This document shows positions 1 through 10,200 of a DNA stretch of 64,000 bases, one piece after another. A program made the translations under genes and the position numbers. The DNA is from an uncultured delta proteobacterium. GTDB taxonomy: Bacteria; Desulfobacterota; Binatia; UBA9968. A model generated the notes under the pieces. The model made no database searches. It saw only the letters and a list, made by a program, of their open reading frames with translations, and had not been told where the DNA came from. The stretch's first letter is position 1, and each line of letters begins with the position of its first letter. The stretch lies in contig CAVSHR010000004.1 in assembly GCA_963727625.1 (NCBI GenBank), forward strand, positions 64,001-128,000. Direction: 5' to 3'.

Positions 1-387
1 GCTGAAGACCCATAGCCTGGAAGGCTCGTTTAACCCTGGTGGTCCTGTGAATGACGCTTGATAGTTAATTTTTTTGGTCGCGCCAAAGGTTCGGCTTGAG
101 GATTACGTTTTGTCTGATTTTAGCAGTCGACTAGCGGCGCGACCGTTTCCTGGAAACCTGTCAGTTTTGTTTTAACTCGTCCCTGACCGGTGATCGTTGG
201 TCGAAATCGTCTTAAAACCCAAGTTTCCCGCCGTCTGCACGTAGGCAAACAGCCGCTCCAAGGAGGGCCCCGGTTGGCGAAATCAATGACCGGAAGATGG
301 GCGCCGTAGGCCAAATCTTCAATCCTCTTCGTGCGCCGGTTATTAACGAAGCTATCGGCTGTGCGAGAGTGCCATTAGTGGCATTCA

Positions 388-891
388 CTAGAGCGGCCGC
401 TGCGACAGGGCGCCGCGGTCCGACGGTTTGGACGATAAATCTCGCCCCATTCGGAGCGCGGCCTCAACGCCTTGGTAGTAACCGGGAAGGTCGGTTAGCG
501 GGCGATAACCCATGCGCTTGTAGAAGAGCTGGGCTGCTTCGTTGCCCGCGCGCACTTCCAGCGCGACGTTGAATATGCCCGCGACGACGGCGCACTTTTC
601 GAGCCACTCAAGAAGTTGCCCCGCAACGCCTAATCGACGATACGCCGGAGCTACCGCGAGCAGGTCCAAGTGAGCATTGTCGTCGCCGTAGCGCATGATC
701 GCAAACCCAACGATTCGACCGGTAGTGCGCGCGACGAGGACATTGACGTCAGGATCGCGAATGCTCGCCGCGACCCGCTCCGCCGTCCATCTCCATCGCA
801 AGCCGTATTCGATCAAAATCCGCGACATGTTGGCGATCGCGGCGGAGTCCGATGGCCGCGCCAATTGTAACGACAGATCAGAGTTGATCAT
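388..891 (-). CDS. RimI-like GNAT N-acetyltransferase
   Basis: LLAVAPAYRRLGVA acetyl-CoA motif, LEVRAGNEAAQLFYKRMGY, PGYY. Confidence 0.85.
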   Translation of the reverse strand: MINSDLSLQLARPSDSAAIANMSRILIEYGLRWRWTAERVAASIRDPDVNVLVARTTGRIVGFAIMRYGDDNAHLDLLAVAPAYRRLGVAGQLLEWLEKCAVVAGIFNVALEVRAGNEAAQLFYKRMGYRPLTDLPGYYQGVEAALRMGRDLSSKPSDRGALSQRPL

Positions 892-988
892 GAAGCTTGA
901 AACCTAAAGGTTGTGCTTCCAGCGGTTCGACAATAATTTCGGCGGCGATCAAACCTATATACTGATTGCATCCGGTTGCAGAGGAAGA

Positions 989-1975
989 TTATTTTTCCAG
1001 CCCTTTTTGTTCCAGCTCTTTTTTGACCTCTTCGACAAATCTTAAATCCATCAAGCGCTGGGCGGGTACCGGTTTGGCCATTTTCATCGGCACGCGAATC
1101 TCGTATTCTAAGATATTTTTGATGCCTTCCGCCGAAGGAACGCCGGGCACGCCAGGGGAAAAGGCGTGCACGTAGGCCTTGGTCGCCTCGACGAGCATGG
1201 CGCGGTTGATGTTCCCTAGCTGGAGCTTTTTGATCCCGATATCGGCTGCATCTTCGGGATTCTTGCGCAAATACAGCAGCGACCTCACCATGGCGCGCAC
1301 CCAGCGCTTAATTTGCGCCGGGTTCTCCGTGATTTTCTTGTCGGTGACAACGTAGCCCTGGAAGGGCAGGGGAAACAGATCACCGAGGAATCCAAGGGAA
1401 TGGAGTCCCTCTTTCTCGGCTACGATCATCCCGGCTGGATCGAGCACGGCGGCTTGCAGCGAGCCGCTTTTGATCGCCGCGATGCGCGCGCCGGAGCTGG
1501 TGCCCATGGGGATGCGCGTGATGTCCCTTGCCGACAAGCCGCCGCGCTCAACAAACATCGTCGAAAAGCGATCTTCGCTGTCGCCGATGAGCCCTACGGC
1601 TATTTTTTTACCTTTAAGATCGGCGACCTGTTTGATGCTCGGATGTACAACAAAGTACCAAGTCACTTTCTCGGTTTGGTACATGATCGCTTTGAGCTCG
1701 GCACCCTTGGCGGCAGCGCGCAAACCGCTGCCGCCGGCACCGCTGAAGTCAATGTTGCCGCTTACAAGCGCGGCGATGGCCGCGGGGCCGCCGATGACGA
1801 TGGTTTCATTCTCCAAGCCTTCGTCCTTGAAGAATCCCTTCGCTTCGGCGACGTAAATGGAAAGGTAATTGAGGCTCGCGCGCGGTACCGCAGTGCGGAT
1901 ATTTTCCGCAGTCGCGGAATTCGCCGCGATCAAACAAATTGCCAAAGCAATGAATTGGGTAAAACGTAAAACCAT
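989..1975 (-). CDS. NMT1/SsuA/TauA-family ABC substrate-binding protein (stand-alone)
   Basis: Signal peptide; VAEAKGFFKDEGLE, AALVSGNIDF, DLKGKKIAVG motifs. Confidence 0.85.
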   Translation of the reverse strand: MVLRFTQFIALAICLIAANSATAENIRTAVPRASLNYLSIYVAEAKGFFKDEGLENETIVIGGPAAIAALVSGNIDFSGAGGSGLRAAAKGAELKAIMYQTEKVTWYFVVHPSIKQVADLKGKKIAVGLIGDSEDRFSTMFVERGGLSARDITRIPMGTSSGARIAAIKSGSLQAAVLDPAGMIVAEKEGLHSLGFLGDLFPLPFQGYVVTDKKITENPAQIKRWVRAMVRSLLYLRKNPEDAADIGIKKLQLGNINRAMLVEATKAYVHAFSPGVPGVPSAEGIKNILEYEIRVPMKMAKPVPAQRLMDLRFVEEVKKELEQKGLEK

Positions 1976-2232
1976 ATTAGTCCATTTTCCATTTCCCGAA
2001 TTGTGCCCGCTGAAAGTAGCGCGACGCCGGCCTTCGCAACGATTGGCCGTTAAGGCAGGGTACTATTTACAATAAATAAGCGGCCTTCTACGGTCAAGGG
2101 AATTCGCTGCGAAATCCGCTTGATGCGCTCAAAAGACTGCGCGAATAAATTTTCTGACTGGGAAGTGACGCGAGCCCTGGTGCGTTTATTGCGCTGTCCT
2201 GAGTTATTTGTTGCCATGCGTCGTCAGGCTGT

Positions 2233-3543
2233 TTATTTGATCTTGAAAAGCCCTTCTTGCTTTTCCGATGTATCGTCTTCTTCCGGCGACTCCAACATCC
2301 CCTGAAACTCCAAGCCTTCGACTTCCGGTAGGGTCTTACCCGCGATCCCTTGAAGATCGCCGTACATGCCGACGGTGGCTTGCATGACGCGGTCGATCTG
2401 CTCCTCGCGCTTCGCCCATTGGCGGGTAATGGCTTTTTTCTCGCGCTCCAGATCTTCTTTCATGGAGGAAAATGCTTCGACAATTGCCTGCACCCGCTGG
2501 CGAAAGCGCGGTCCGGTGAGATAACCGTAAACCATCTCCATCTTGGTCTGCTGGCCTTCGGACGCCTGGCGGGCAGTGGCAACTTCAATCAGTGTTTGGC
2601 GCAAAGAGAGCGCCACCGGCAGAGTGACTTTCGGCTGGGCTACCCAGATTCCGTCGACAAATCCAAAGCTCTCGACGTCTTTCGGCAACGCCTGGCTGAT
2701 GATGACCGCGACCTCGGCTTTGGCGGCGCGCTGGTCTTCGCGCAGTTTGGGCAACCAGCCGTCGCTCCAGTTCTTAGTCCGCTTCGATTCCCAGAGAATC
2801 GTGCCGCAGTGTTGGTTGAGCGGCCCGACAACCTGCTGGAGCACGTCGCCGCCGAACTCGCCCTTGGGCACGGGCTGAATGGTGTCGCGGGGAAATTTGG
2901 CGGCAAGCAGAGCTTCGAGTTCCAACTCCTGCACCTCTCCCTGGAGTTGCTGCGATCCCTGCTCGGCGCGCTTTTTCAAGTCTTCGATCTGTTTTTGCAT
3001 GGCAGTGATGGTCTGGTCTTTTTCCATCACTTTAAACTTGAGCTCTTCCTCGGCTTCTTTCTTAGCCTTTTCCCGCTCGGCGCTGAGATCGGCTTGAACT
3101 CTTTTTTCGATCGTCAGCTCCAGTTCGCGCTTGGCGTCGTCTAACTCGCGCTGCTTGCGGATCACCTCGGCTTGGACTTTTTGGGCTTCGGCGAGCTTAC
3201 TATCCCTTTGTTTCAATAATTCCTGTAAACTACTAAGTTCTTTAACTTTCTGATCGAGATCGTTGCCTAGGACGAGCTTGGCTTTCTGGGCTTCTTCGGC
3301 GGCGATGCGGCTTCGCTCGAGCTGGAGCTTTTGCGCGACTTGCTGATCGATTCCTGCTTTGGCTTTTTCGAGCGACTGGGCCCGTTCCGTCAGCGCCTGT
3401 TCGCGCTGGGCCATGTCCGTTTCTTTTTGCGCCAGGCGCCGCTCGTAATCGCGTCGCACGGTTTCCAACAACGGCGCGGCAAGCGATTCGGTGAGTTTGA
3501 TCTCGGTTTTGCACTGAGGACAGACGACTGTCGGTTCGGCCAT
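2233..3543 (-). CDS. DUF2130-family coiled-coil protein
   Basis: N-terminal CPQC, long coiled coil, SQQLQGEVQEL, ILWESKRTKNWSDGWLPKLREDQR. Confidence 0.85.
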   Translation of the reverse strand: MAEPTVVCPQCKTEIKLTESLAAPLLETVRRDYERRLAQKETDMAQREQALTERAQSLEKAKAGIDQQVAQKLQLERSRIAAEEAQKAKLVLGNDLDQKVKELSSLQELLKQRDSKLAEAQKVQAEVIRKQRELDDAKRELELTIEKRVQADLSAEREKAKKEAEEELKFKVMEKDQTITAMQKQIEDLKKRAEQGSQQLQGEVQELELEALLAAKFPRDTIQPVPKGEFGGDVLQQVVGPLNQHCGTILWESKRTKNWSDGWLPKLREDQRAAKAEVAVIISQALPKDVESFGFVDGIWVAQPKVTLPVALSLRQTLIEVATARQASEGQQTKMEMVYGYLTGPRFRQRVQAIVEAFSSMKEDLEREKKAITRQWAKREEQIDRVMQATVGMYGDLQGIAGKTLPEVEGLEFQGMLESPEEDDTSEKQEGLFKIK

Positions 3544-3735
3544 GACGGACTCCTAAAAAAGCGTGATCGTGGTGCGTGAGTGTGTTGGGACTCGTAAGAG
3601 CTTAGCGAAATCGCGACAGAGTGCCAAGCGATGAAGCGATTGCCAATGACGGATTAGCGGAACGTCGAAGCTCCAGATCGGAATCTTACTGGTTCGATGT
3701 TTGTGAACTTCTTGCTCTCAGTGAATATGCTGTTC

Positions 3736-4917
3736 TTAGCTCAACCGAAAGAAGTCCACCGCGTTACCGCAGACCATTTTCGATTTGTCTTCGCTCGGCA
3801 CCCCGGCGAAGTTTTTGTCGATGATTTTAAGCGACTCCGGCCAGTCGGACTCTTGATGGGGAAAGTCCGAGCCCCACATCAAGCGGTTGACGTTGATCTT
3901 GTCGCGGAGTTCGACGCCGACGCGGTCGAATTGAAAACCCCAATAGAAATGCTCGCGAATATACTCGCTGGGCGGCCGCAGAAGTTGCTTGAGACCGAGC
4001 AGGCGTTCAGCCCAACGGTGGTGGCGATCGTAGCGCACGTCGGCAGCCTGGAGAAAAAACGGGATCCAACCGATCTGGTTTTCGGCGAAGAAGATGCGGA
4101 GCGTTGGAAAGCGATCGAAGAGCCCGGACAAAAGCCACTGCACGGCAGCCACCGAGCCGTTGCCGCGCACCGGACCAAAGCGGCCCACCTGATCGACCAG
4201 ATCGTGGGTGATTTTTTTCATGACCTCGTCCGATTCTATGGGATATTTAAACAGCGGCGCTTTGCGTTCGCCGGTGCGATCGAGATCGACGTGCACGCTG
4301 ATCGGCATGCGCAATTCGAGCGCTCGCGCCCAGAAAAGATCGTCTTCATCCGATGGATAAGCTTTGCTGCTGGGAAAGCCTTGAAGTAAAACGGTTTTGA
4401 AGCCGTTTTCTGCGCAATAGTTCAACTCCGCGATGATATCGGTTAACGCGCATCCCAATGGCAAGATACCGACACCGATCAGGCGATCCGGATCGATGGC
4501 GCAGTATTCTTCGGCCAGCCAGCTATTGTAGGCGCGCACAATGGCTTTGTAGGTGTCGTTGTCTTCAATCCGCCGCCAGAACTTCGGTCCGCCTTGCTGC
4601 GAAGGAAAAAGCACTTCGGCGTCGATGCTGTCTTGGTCCTGTTCGCTCACGCGCTGCGTCGCGCTGCCCGTGCCCGGCGTGCCTTCGTAACGGCCGTTGA
4701 AAGGAACATAGTTATCCCGTCCCTTGCCACCGTAGAGATCCGCGGCCGCGGCCGCGCGCTTGATGTTATCGCCGATCATCCAAATATCGGTGCCGTCGGC
4801 CTGGCGTACCAAACGCGGCGCCAGATCGCGATATTTGCCTGGAACTCGGCCGAGCCAGTGTTTCGAATCGATTTCCAAGTGCGAATCGGCCGAGATGTAG
4901 CGGTACTGGCGTGCCAT
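3736..4917 (-). CDS. Amidohydrolase family 2 (decarboxylase/hydrolase-like)
   Basis: ISADSH, YNSWLAEEYC, LFDRFPTLRI, LMWGSDFPH motifs. Confidence 0.88.
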   Translation of the reverse strand: MARQYRYISADSHLEIDSKHWLGRVPGKYRDLAPRLVRQADGTDIWMIGDNIKRAAAAADLYGGKGRDNYVPFNGRYEGTPGTGSATQRVSEQDQDSIDAEVLFPSQQGGPKFWRRIEDNDTYKAIVRAYNSWLAEEYCAIDPDRLIGVGILPLGCALTDIIAELNYCAENGFKTVLLQGFPSSKAYPSDEDDLFWARALELRMPISVHVDLDRTGERKAPLFKYPIESDEVMKKITHDLVDQVGRFGPVRGNGSVAAVQWLLSGLFDRFPTLRIFFAENQIGWIPFFLQAADVRYDRHHRWAERLLGLKQLLRPPSEYIREHFYWGFQFDRVGVELRDKINVNRLMWGSDFPHQESDWPESLKIIDKNFAGVPSEDKSKMVCGNAVDFFRLS

Positions 4918-5198
4918 ACGAGTTCCTTCGACGGTTATCTATTGCCGATATCCCGGCGAATCTCTGAATGACTAGAGGTTTCGAGATGCGAGATCGTCAG
5001 CTTTGAGTGGCGATCATAGCTAAATTGATAATCCCTGCCAAGCGAAAACGCTTTTCATTCGTGACGATTTGGCGCGGAAGCGGTTTCTCCTGAGCGTCAT
5101 GAGCAGAGTGCAAAATTTCCGAGCCGTTAATCTGCAAATCTAAGTTGCAGGATGTCTTGGCTCCGTCGAAATTCTGTTTCGAATTGAGTCTTTCATTC

Positions 5199-6365
5199 CT
5201 ACGCTCGGGCCGCGGCAAAAGAAAACGCGCTGAAGCCTTCTTGAATGAGCTCGATAGTTTGATCCTGCTGCCGGTCGAAATTGACACCGACTGGATTTGC
5301 CCGCGCTTCTACCGCGGCTATTTGCTCCTGTAACAGTTTGCGCAGCATGATGATGCCGCGGTCGGCCTCGCCCAAGTGCTCGCGGGCACGGTTGGCAATG
5401 GCACCCTGGGTCTCCCATGCCATATGGTCCTGGCTGGCAAAATGATCGAGGTGAAATTCGCCCTGGGAATCTTTCGTCGAGATATATTCTACCGGTGGCA
5501 GTTCCGGCTGATTGGGTATGCTGCCGTCCTTGGTCGGGTTGAAACGGAATTGAAACACCTGAGTGTTTGCGTCGTCGATGGGCGTGCGAAAGTGCATGGC
5601 ATAACCGGTGCGCACCGGGACGAACAGGATATTGGGAAAAATTAGCGGGTGGGGTGCCTCTGGAGGAACGTCCTCGCCGGCGAAGATCCGCCGCTTCTGA
5701 ATCCCCGCCCAAGTTGGGTTGATCACCAGCTCGAAATCGACTTTGCTCAGCTGCTGATAATGAAAGGGCACATAGTCCTTGCTGCCCTTGAGCTTGAGGG
5801 TATGGGAGTGGAGATAGTAGGTGTGGGTTGGATCGACGGAGTTCTCCATGGCTTGCAGCCAGTTGCAGCGCAGCACCTCGCAGACATCGATTTTCTTGAT
5901 TCCGTCGCGCCGCACCAGCACGTCCCATTTCGGCAGCAAGGGTTTTTTCTCCGCCGGACCGAGGTAAGCGAACAGCATGCCGCCTAAATTTTCCACCGGG
6001 TAAGCCGGATGTTGAATCTTGTCCTTGAATCCGGCGGCGGGGTTTTCGAAGGGCTGTTCGAGACACTTGCCGCATGCGTTGTATTTCCAACCGTGATAGG
6101 GGCAGCGGATGCCGTCGTCCTCAATAAAACCGTAATAGAGCGATGCGCCGCGGTGCGAACAGCGCTCGGCGACCAAACCGTAAGCACCGCTTCCATCGCG
6201 ATAGAGCAACAGATCCTCGCCGAGAATCCGCACGCGCTTCTTGGGCTTGGTTTCGGTCAGCTCCGCAGCGGGGGCCAGCGCCTGCCAATAGCGCCTGAGC
6301 AGTTGACCGCCGGGGGTGCCGGGCCCGACGCGGGTGAGTAAGTCGTTCTCCTCTTGTGTCAGCAT
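5199..6365 (-). CDS. Rieske non-heme iron oxygenase alpha subunit (phthalate dioxygenase/LigXa-like)
   Basis: CSHRG...CPYHGW Rieske motif; ENSVDPTHTYYLH mononuclear Fe motif; QDHMAWETQG. Confidence 0.9.
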   Translation of the reverse strand: MLTQEENDLLTRVGPGTPGGQLLRRYWQALAPAAELTETKPKKRVRILGEDLLLYRDGSGAYGLVAERCSHRGASLYYGFIEDDGIRCPYHGWKYNACGKCLEQPFENPAAGFKDKIQHPAYPVENLGGMLFAYLGPAEKKPLLPKWDVLVRRDGIKKIDVCEVLRCNWLQAMENSVDPTHTYYLHSHTLKLKGSKDYVPFHYQQLSKVDFELVINPTWAGIQKRRIFAGEDVPPEAPHPLIFPNILFVPVRTGYAMHFRTPIDDANTQVFQFRFNPTKDGSIPNQPELPPVEYISTKDSQGEFHLDHFASQDHMAWETQGAIANRAREHLGEADRGIIMLRKLLQEQIAAVEARANPVGVNFDRQQDQTIELIQEGFSAFSFAAARA

Positions 6366-6430
6366 GAACGGATCTCCTGTTGGGGACGCTAATTTTTAAG
6401 CTCGGCGGCCGACATGTCTTACTGCTGCGA

Positions 6431-6459
6431 AATTACGTGAAAGCGTGGCGGACTGTCAA
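6431..6459 (-). promoter_or_regulatory. Possible sigma70 promoter for the Rieske gene
   Basis: Minus strand TTGACA-N16/17-(C)GTAAT about 65 nt upstream of the start. Confidence 0.3.
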
Positions 6460-6565
6460 CTTTAATAGGCACTTTAATAGGCATGAGGCATGGGGCGAAA
6501 GGCGCGAGCACGAAGGAAGGGTCGAAGGCGGAAGGATGGAATAGGGAGGAGCCGTCGCGATGGTT

Positions 6566-7390
6566 TTACGGAAACTTGGACCTAAGCACATGACGAGCGT
6601 AGACGTCGGTGCGGCGGTTTTGCAGCAGCGGTAATTTTTTCCGCGTCTCGCGCACCAAGTTCAAATCGAACTCTACGACTGTTACGTGTTCTTTTTCGCC
6701 GAGTTCGACCAGAACCCGGCCGAGCGGATCTACCACCATGCTGTGGCCGATGTAGATATTGCCGGTTTGATCGGGGGCGATGACGTAGCAGCCGTTTTCC
6801 AGAGCTCGGGCCTTGATCATGGTTTGCCAATGGTCGATTTTGAGATCCCCCGCCACCCAACCGGATGGCGCCAGCAAGAGATCGGCGCCTTGAAGCGCCA
6901 GCAGGCGTGCCATTTCGGGAAAGCGCAGGTCGTAGCAGATCATCATGCCGATCCGGTTGTCTCCTAAGCTAACCAGCGGCGCGAGATCGGCGCCCGGTTG
7001 GAATTTATCTGACTCTTTAAATCCGAAGGCATCGTAGAGATGCAATTTCCGATAGACCGTGGCGATCGTTCCCATCGCATCGATATAGACCGCGGTATCG
7101 AACACTCTATATGGCGCTGGGGAAGTTTCATAAAGCGTCGCCAAAACGCTGATGCCGGCGAACTTAGCGGCATCGCACAGCGCCGAGACAAACGGGCCGT
7201 CTAACGATTCAGCGATCTCCGCCAACTCCGCGGCGCTTTGGCTCGGGGGTGAAAACGCCATCAAAAATTCCGGAAAGGCGATCAGCTCGCCGCCTTTGGC
7301 CTTGGCTTCATGGATCAATTCGTTGGCGCGGCTGAGATTTTCTTTTTTCCTAGTGGATGAGGCGATTTGAGCGAGAGCGATTCTGTTCAT
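6566..7390 (-). CDS. Carbon-nitrogen hydrolase (Nit1/deaminated glutathione amidase-like)
   Basis: FPE, YRKLHLYD, ICYDLRFPE catalytic triad motifs; start taken at MNRIALAQ. Confidence 0.88.
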   Translation of the reverse strand: MNRIALAQIASSTRKKENLSRANELIHEAKAKGGELIAFPEFLMAFSPPSQSAAELAEIAESLDGPFVSALCDAAKFAGISVLATLYETSPAPYRVFDTAVYIDAMGTIATVYRKLHLYDAFGFKESDKFQPGADLAPLVSLGDNRIGMMICYDLRFPEMARLLALQGADLLLAPSGWVAGDLKIDHWQTMIKARALENGCYVIAPDQTGNIYIGHSMVVDPLGRVLVELGEKEHVTVVEFDLNLVRETRKKLPLLQNRRTDVYARHVLRSKFP

Positions 7391-7597
7391 CGGCTTTCGA
7401 TTCCCACATAATAAGCCAGCGCGATATTGCGACTGGAATAAATTTCTCACCCACGCTATCCAAGGATGTAACGCGCGTCAACCGTCATGGCGGTGTTCGG
7501 CATGACGGGCGTCGGGAAATCGTTTTCGACGACTGTTGTCAAGGGTTTTTGTCGGCCGGAATCTCGCAGCTGATCGCGCTGCAAGGCACAACATCGC

Positions 7598-8317
7598 ATG
7601 CCGTTACCCGAGGTCACCCCCCCGACTGCAACGTCTCGCCTTAGCTAACGTCTGCTTGGGTCAGTTCTTGAGCGCGCTGGACTCGCGCTCGGTCAATGTC
7701 GCGCTGCCGACGTTGTCGGTCTATTTCAACGCATCGATGGCATACGTCCAGTGGATCCCCTCGCCTATCAATTGACGATCGTGGGCCTGGTGCTGAGTAT
7801 GGCGCGACTCGGCGACATGCTCGGCCGCAAACGGATCTACTCCTGGGGATTCGTCCTCCTTGGCGTCGGCTCGGTATGCTGCGGTTTGAGTGCGCAACTA
7901 TGGCAAATCATCGGCTTTCGGGTGATCGAAGCGGTTGGCGGTGCCTTGGTTTTGGCCAACGGCCGGGCCATCGCCTCGGCACTTTACGCTCAAGAGGGCC
8001 TCGGGCGGGCGCTCGGCATGATGTCGATGTCGTTTCACCTGGGTTATATCACCGGGCCGTCGGTGGGCGGCTTGTCTTTGACCTCGGCAAACGTCGCCAA
8101 TGCCATGGGCGTGGCGGTGGGCAGCGTGCTGTTTCTTCGCTGGCTTAAGTTCCACGGCTTAGCCGACGCCGTCGTGCCGCCCTATACCGAGTGGGGAGCA
8201 GCGCCGGAAATCTTCATTCGGTCTTTTCAGCATTCCTGGCACGTCATCGCGACGCTGGCGGCGATTGCGATCATCACCTCGGCGATGCGCGGAAAGGATC
8301 GGCGAGATAAAAATTAA
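7598..8317 (+). pseudogene. Disrupted DHA2/EmrB-type MFS transporter
   Basis: N-terminus (LDSRSVNVALP; ARLGDMLGRKR) is split over two frames at C homopolymers (~7617-7623 and ~7757-7760); central helices are missing after GYITGPSVGG. Confidence 0.7.
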
Positions 8318-8376
8318 AAAGGCTTGGACCTGGAATATGGGAGGGGGGGCACCCCAAAACTCAAGTACACTAAATT

Positions 8377-9432
8377 TCAGTATTCGAGCGACAGGCCAGA
8401 TTTTTTCTTTTTGACGTTGTCGAGAACTTTCGCGCCGAGCGCCACGTCCGCTACGCCTTGGCCGGCGTTATTCTTGTAAAAAGTGATTTGCTCCGCTTTG
8501 GTGCGACCCTCTTTATCGCCGGCAAGAATCGCGCCGATTTCGATCAACTGCTCCCACTGGATCACGCCGCGCTGGACCGGATCGAAAATATCCGCCTGCT
8601 CGTCTTGCAGCGCTTGCTGGACTGAGACAATGCCGTGGACATCGCTGCGCGCCAGCGTGGCGTCGTCGGTTTCGCGCCGCTTGGCGGCGGTGAAGCCGCC
8701 CTTGACCAGACCGACGTTGCTGCCGACGATGGTCGTGACATGCTGGCCGGACTTGAGCCAATTGCCGTCGAATACCGGCACGCTGGAATTGGTCGCGGTC
8801 AAAATAATATCGACGCCGCGCACGGCTTCTTCGGCGGACGTCGCCGGCGTGATATTGAGGTTGGTGATCGGCCCCATTTCTTCGACAAACTTTCTGCGGT
8901 TTTCGGGATTGCGGCTATAGACTTTGACATGTGTGAGCTTGCGTACCTGCATGAGCGCGAGCAGATGATTTTTTGCCTGGCCGGCGGCGCCGAACAGGCC
9001 GACACTGGTGGCGTCGGGACGGGCGAGCAGGTCGGTGCCGACAGCGCTGGTGGCCGCCGTGCGTAATCCGGTGACCGCGACGTTGTTCGGCAGCTCGCTG
9101 CAGGTGATCTCGCCGACGATGATGCCTTTGAGCTCGCCTTCAGCGGCGTCGTAGAGCACGATCACCGGATGGTTGAGACGCGGGTAGACCTGCTCCTCGG
9201 CCATCGGTTTGACCCATTCGCAGTGGGTCATCAAGCCGGTCGCTTTGGCCGCGGGCACGCCGCCCTGATGCACGCTCACGCGCACGCCGGTGGGAATATG
9301 AATTCGGCGCCGCGGCGCGTTGAGCTGACTATTTTCGCCCCATTCGCGAAAGCCCAAACGAACGGCTTCCACGGCCTCCGACATGGTGACGATACCGCGA
9401 ATTTCCTGGGGGCTGACGAGTAGTGGCTGCAT
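8377..9432 (-). CDS. Ornithine cyclodeaminase/mu-crystallin family imine reductase
   Basis: TGLRTAATSAVG, GLFGAAGQA, ILTATNS, GQGVADVALG. Confidence 0.88.
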   Translation of the reverse strand: MQPLLVSPQEIRGIVTMSEAVEAVRLGFREWGENSQLNAPRRRIHIPTGVRVSVHQGGVPAAKATGLMTHCEWVKPMAEEQVYPRLNHPVIVLYDAAEGELKGIIVGEITCSELPNNVAVTGLRTAATSAVGTDLLARPDATSVGLFGAAGQAKNHLLALMQVRKLTHVKVYSRNPENRRKFVEEMGPITNLNITPATSAEEAVRGVDIILTATNSSVPVFDGNWLKSGQHVTTIVGSNVGLVKGGFTAAKRRETDDATLARSDVHGIVSVQQALQDEQADIFDPVQRGVIQWEQLIEIGAILAGDKEGRTKAEQITFYKNNAGQGVADVALGAKVLDNVKKKKSGLSLEY

Positions 9433-9463
9433 GGTCGTACCTCGCTGTTTTTCGATTTTGTCG

Positions 9464-10027
9464 CTAAATCGTCGGCGCGACCCGAGAGCGGGCAATGAGA
9501 TCTTTTCCCCAGCGCTTCACGTTAGGCAATCGATCGTCGATCACCACATGGTAGCGTTCGCGCCGGGTGTAAAATGGAATAAACGTCACGTCCGCCAACG
9601 AGAAATCGCCGACGATAAATTTTTTACCGGCCATTTCCTTATCCAGGGTGTCGAGATACTGGCTCATCCGTTCTCGCGCCTTGTCCGGCTCGCGGTTATG
9701 CGCCAGGTCGGAAGCCGCCGGATGAATTCGCGTGTTAAAGAAATCGACCCAGATCCGCACTTTGGAGCGCAGCAAAAGATCGGATGGTATGAGCGGGTTC
9801 TCGGGAAACTTTTCTTCGAGGTATTCGTTGATGATCGCCGACTCGTAAATCACGCCCTCGCCATCGACCAGCACCGGCACTTTGCCGTAGGGGTTGTTTT
9901 GTACCAGGTCGCTGGGTTTGTTTTTCAGATCGACTTCGATAAGTTCATAGGGAATTTTCTTTTCCGCGAGGACAATCCTTGTCCTGTGTGCGTAAGGTCA
10001 GGTGTGGCAGGAATACAGTTTCAGCAT
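9464..10027 (-). CDS. Glutathione S-transferase with in-frame TGA (probable selenocysteine, CxxU)
   Basis: SD AAGGAGG then ATG 10027; MLKLYSCHT-TGA(9998-10000)-PYAHRTRIVLAEKKIPYE...NPYGKVPVL...YESAIINEYLEE continues in frame into the 9464-9880 ORF. Confidence 0.85.
9965..9997 (-). promoter_or_regulatory. Candidate bacterial SECIS of the GST
   Basis: 12 nt after UGA: perfect 7-bp stem AGGACAA-GGA-UUGUCCU with a G-led loop, plus a lower CGC/GCG pairing. Confidence 0.7.
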
Positions 10028-10095
10028 CAAACTTTCCTCCTTGTGAAAAGTTTAACTATCACCGGTAACGGAATTAGACAATGATGGACTGCGGA

Positions 10096-10189
10096 GTTCA
10101 AATTGTTCAAGCCGTTCAATGGTTCAAGTCGTCAATAAGAACTCCGAATAAGGATTGAACGTTTGGAACTTTTTAAACGGCTTGAACAA
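10096..10189. repeat. 9-bp-period GTTCAA array plus inverted TTGAAC array (palindromic element, locus 1)
   Basis: GTTCAA at 10096, 10105, 10114, 10122; TTGAAC-like units at 10155, 10164, 10173, 10182. Confidence 0.8.
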
Positions 10190-10200
10190 GCCCATGGCGG

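Noticed and set aside
1-387. Possible gene end or ncRNA at the window start
   Set aside because: No recognisable motif or structure; the short ORFs lack support.
9383-10084. 233-aa plus-strand ORF
   Set aside because: Antisense to the TGA-containing GST, which has an SD, family motifs and a SECIS-like hairpin.
10096-10189. GTTCAA repeats as a CRISPR array
   Set aside because: The unit is 9 bp with 3-nt spacers; there are no 25-40 nt repeats or spacers and no cas genes.
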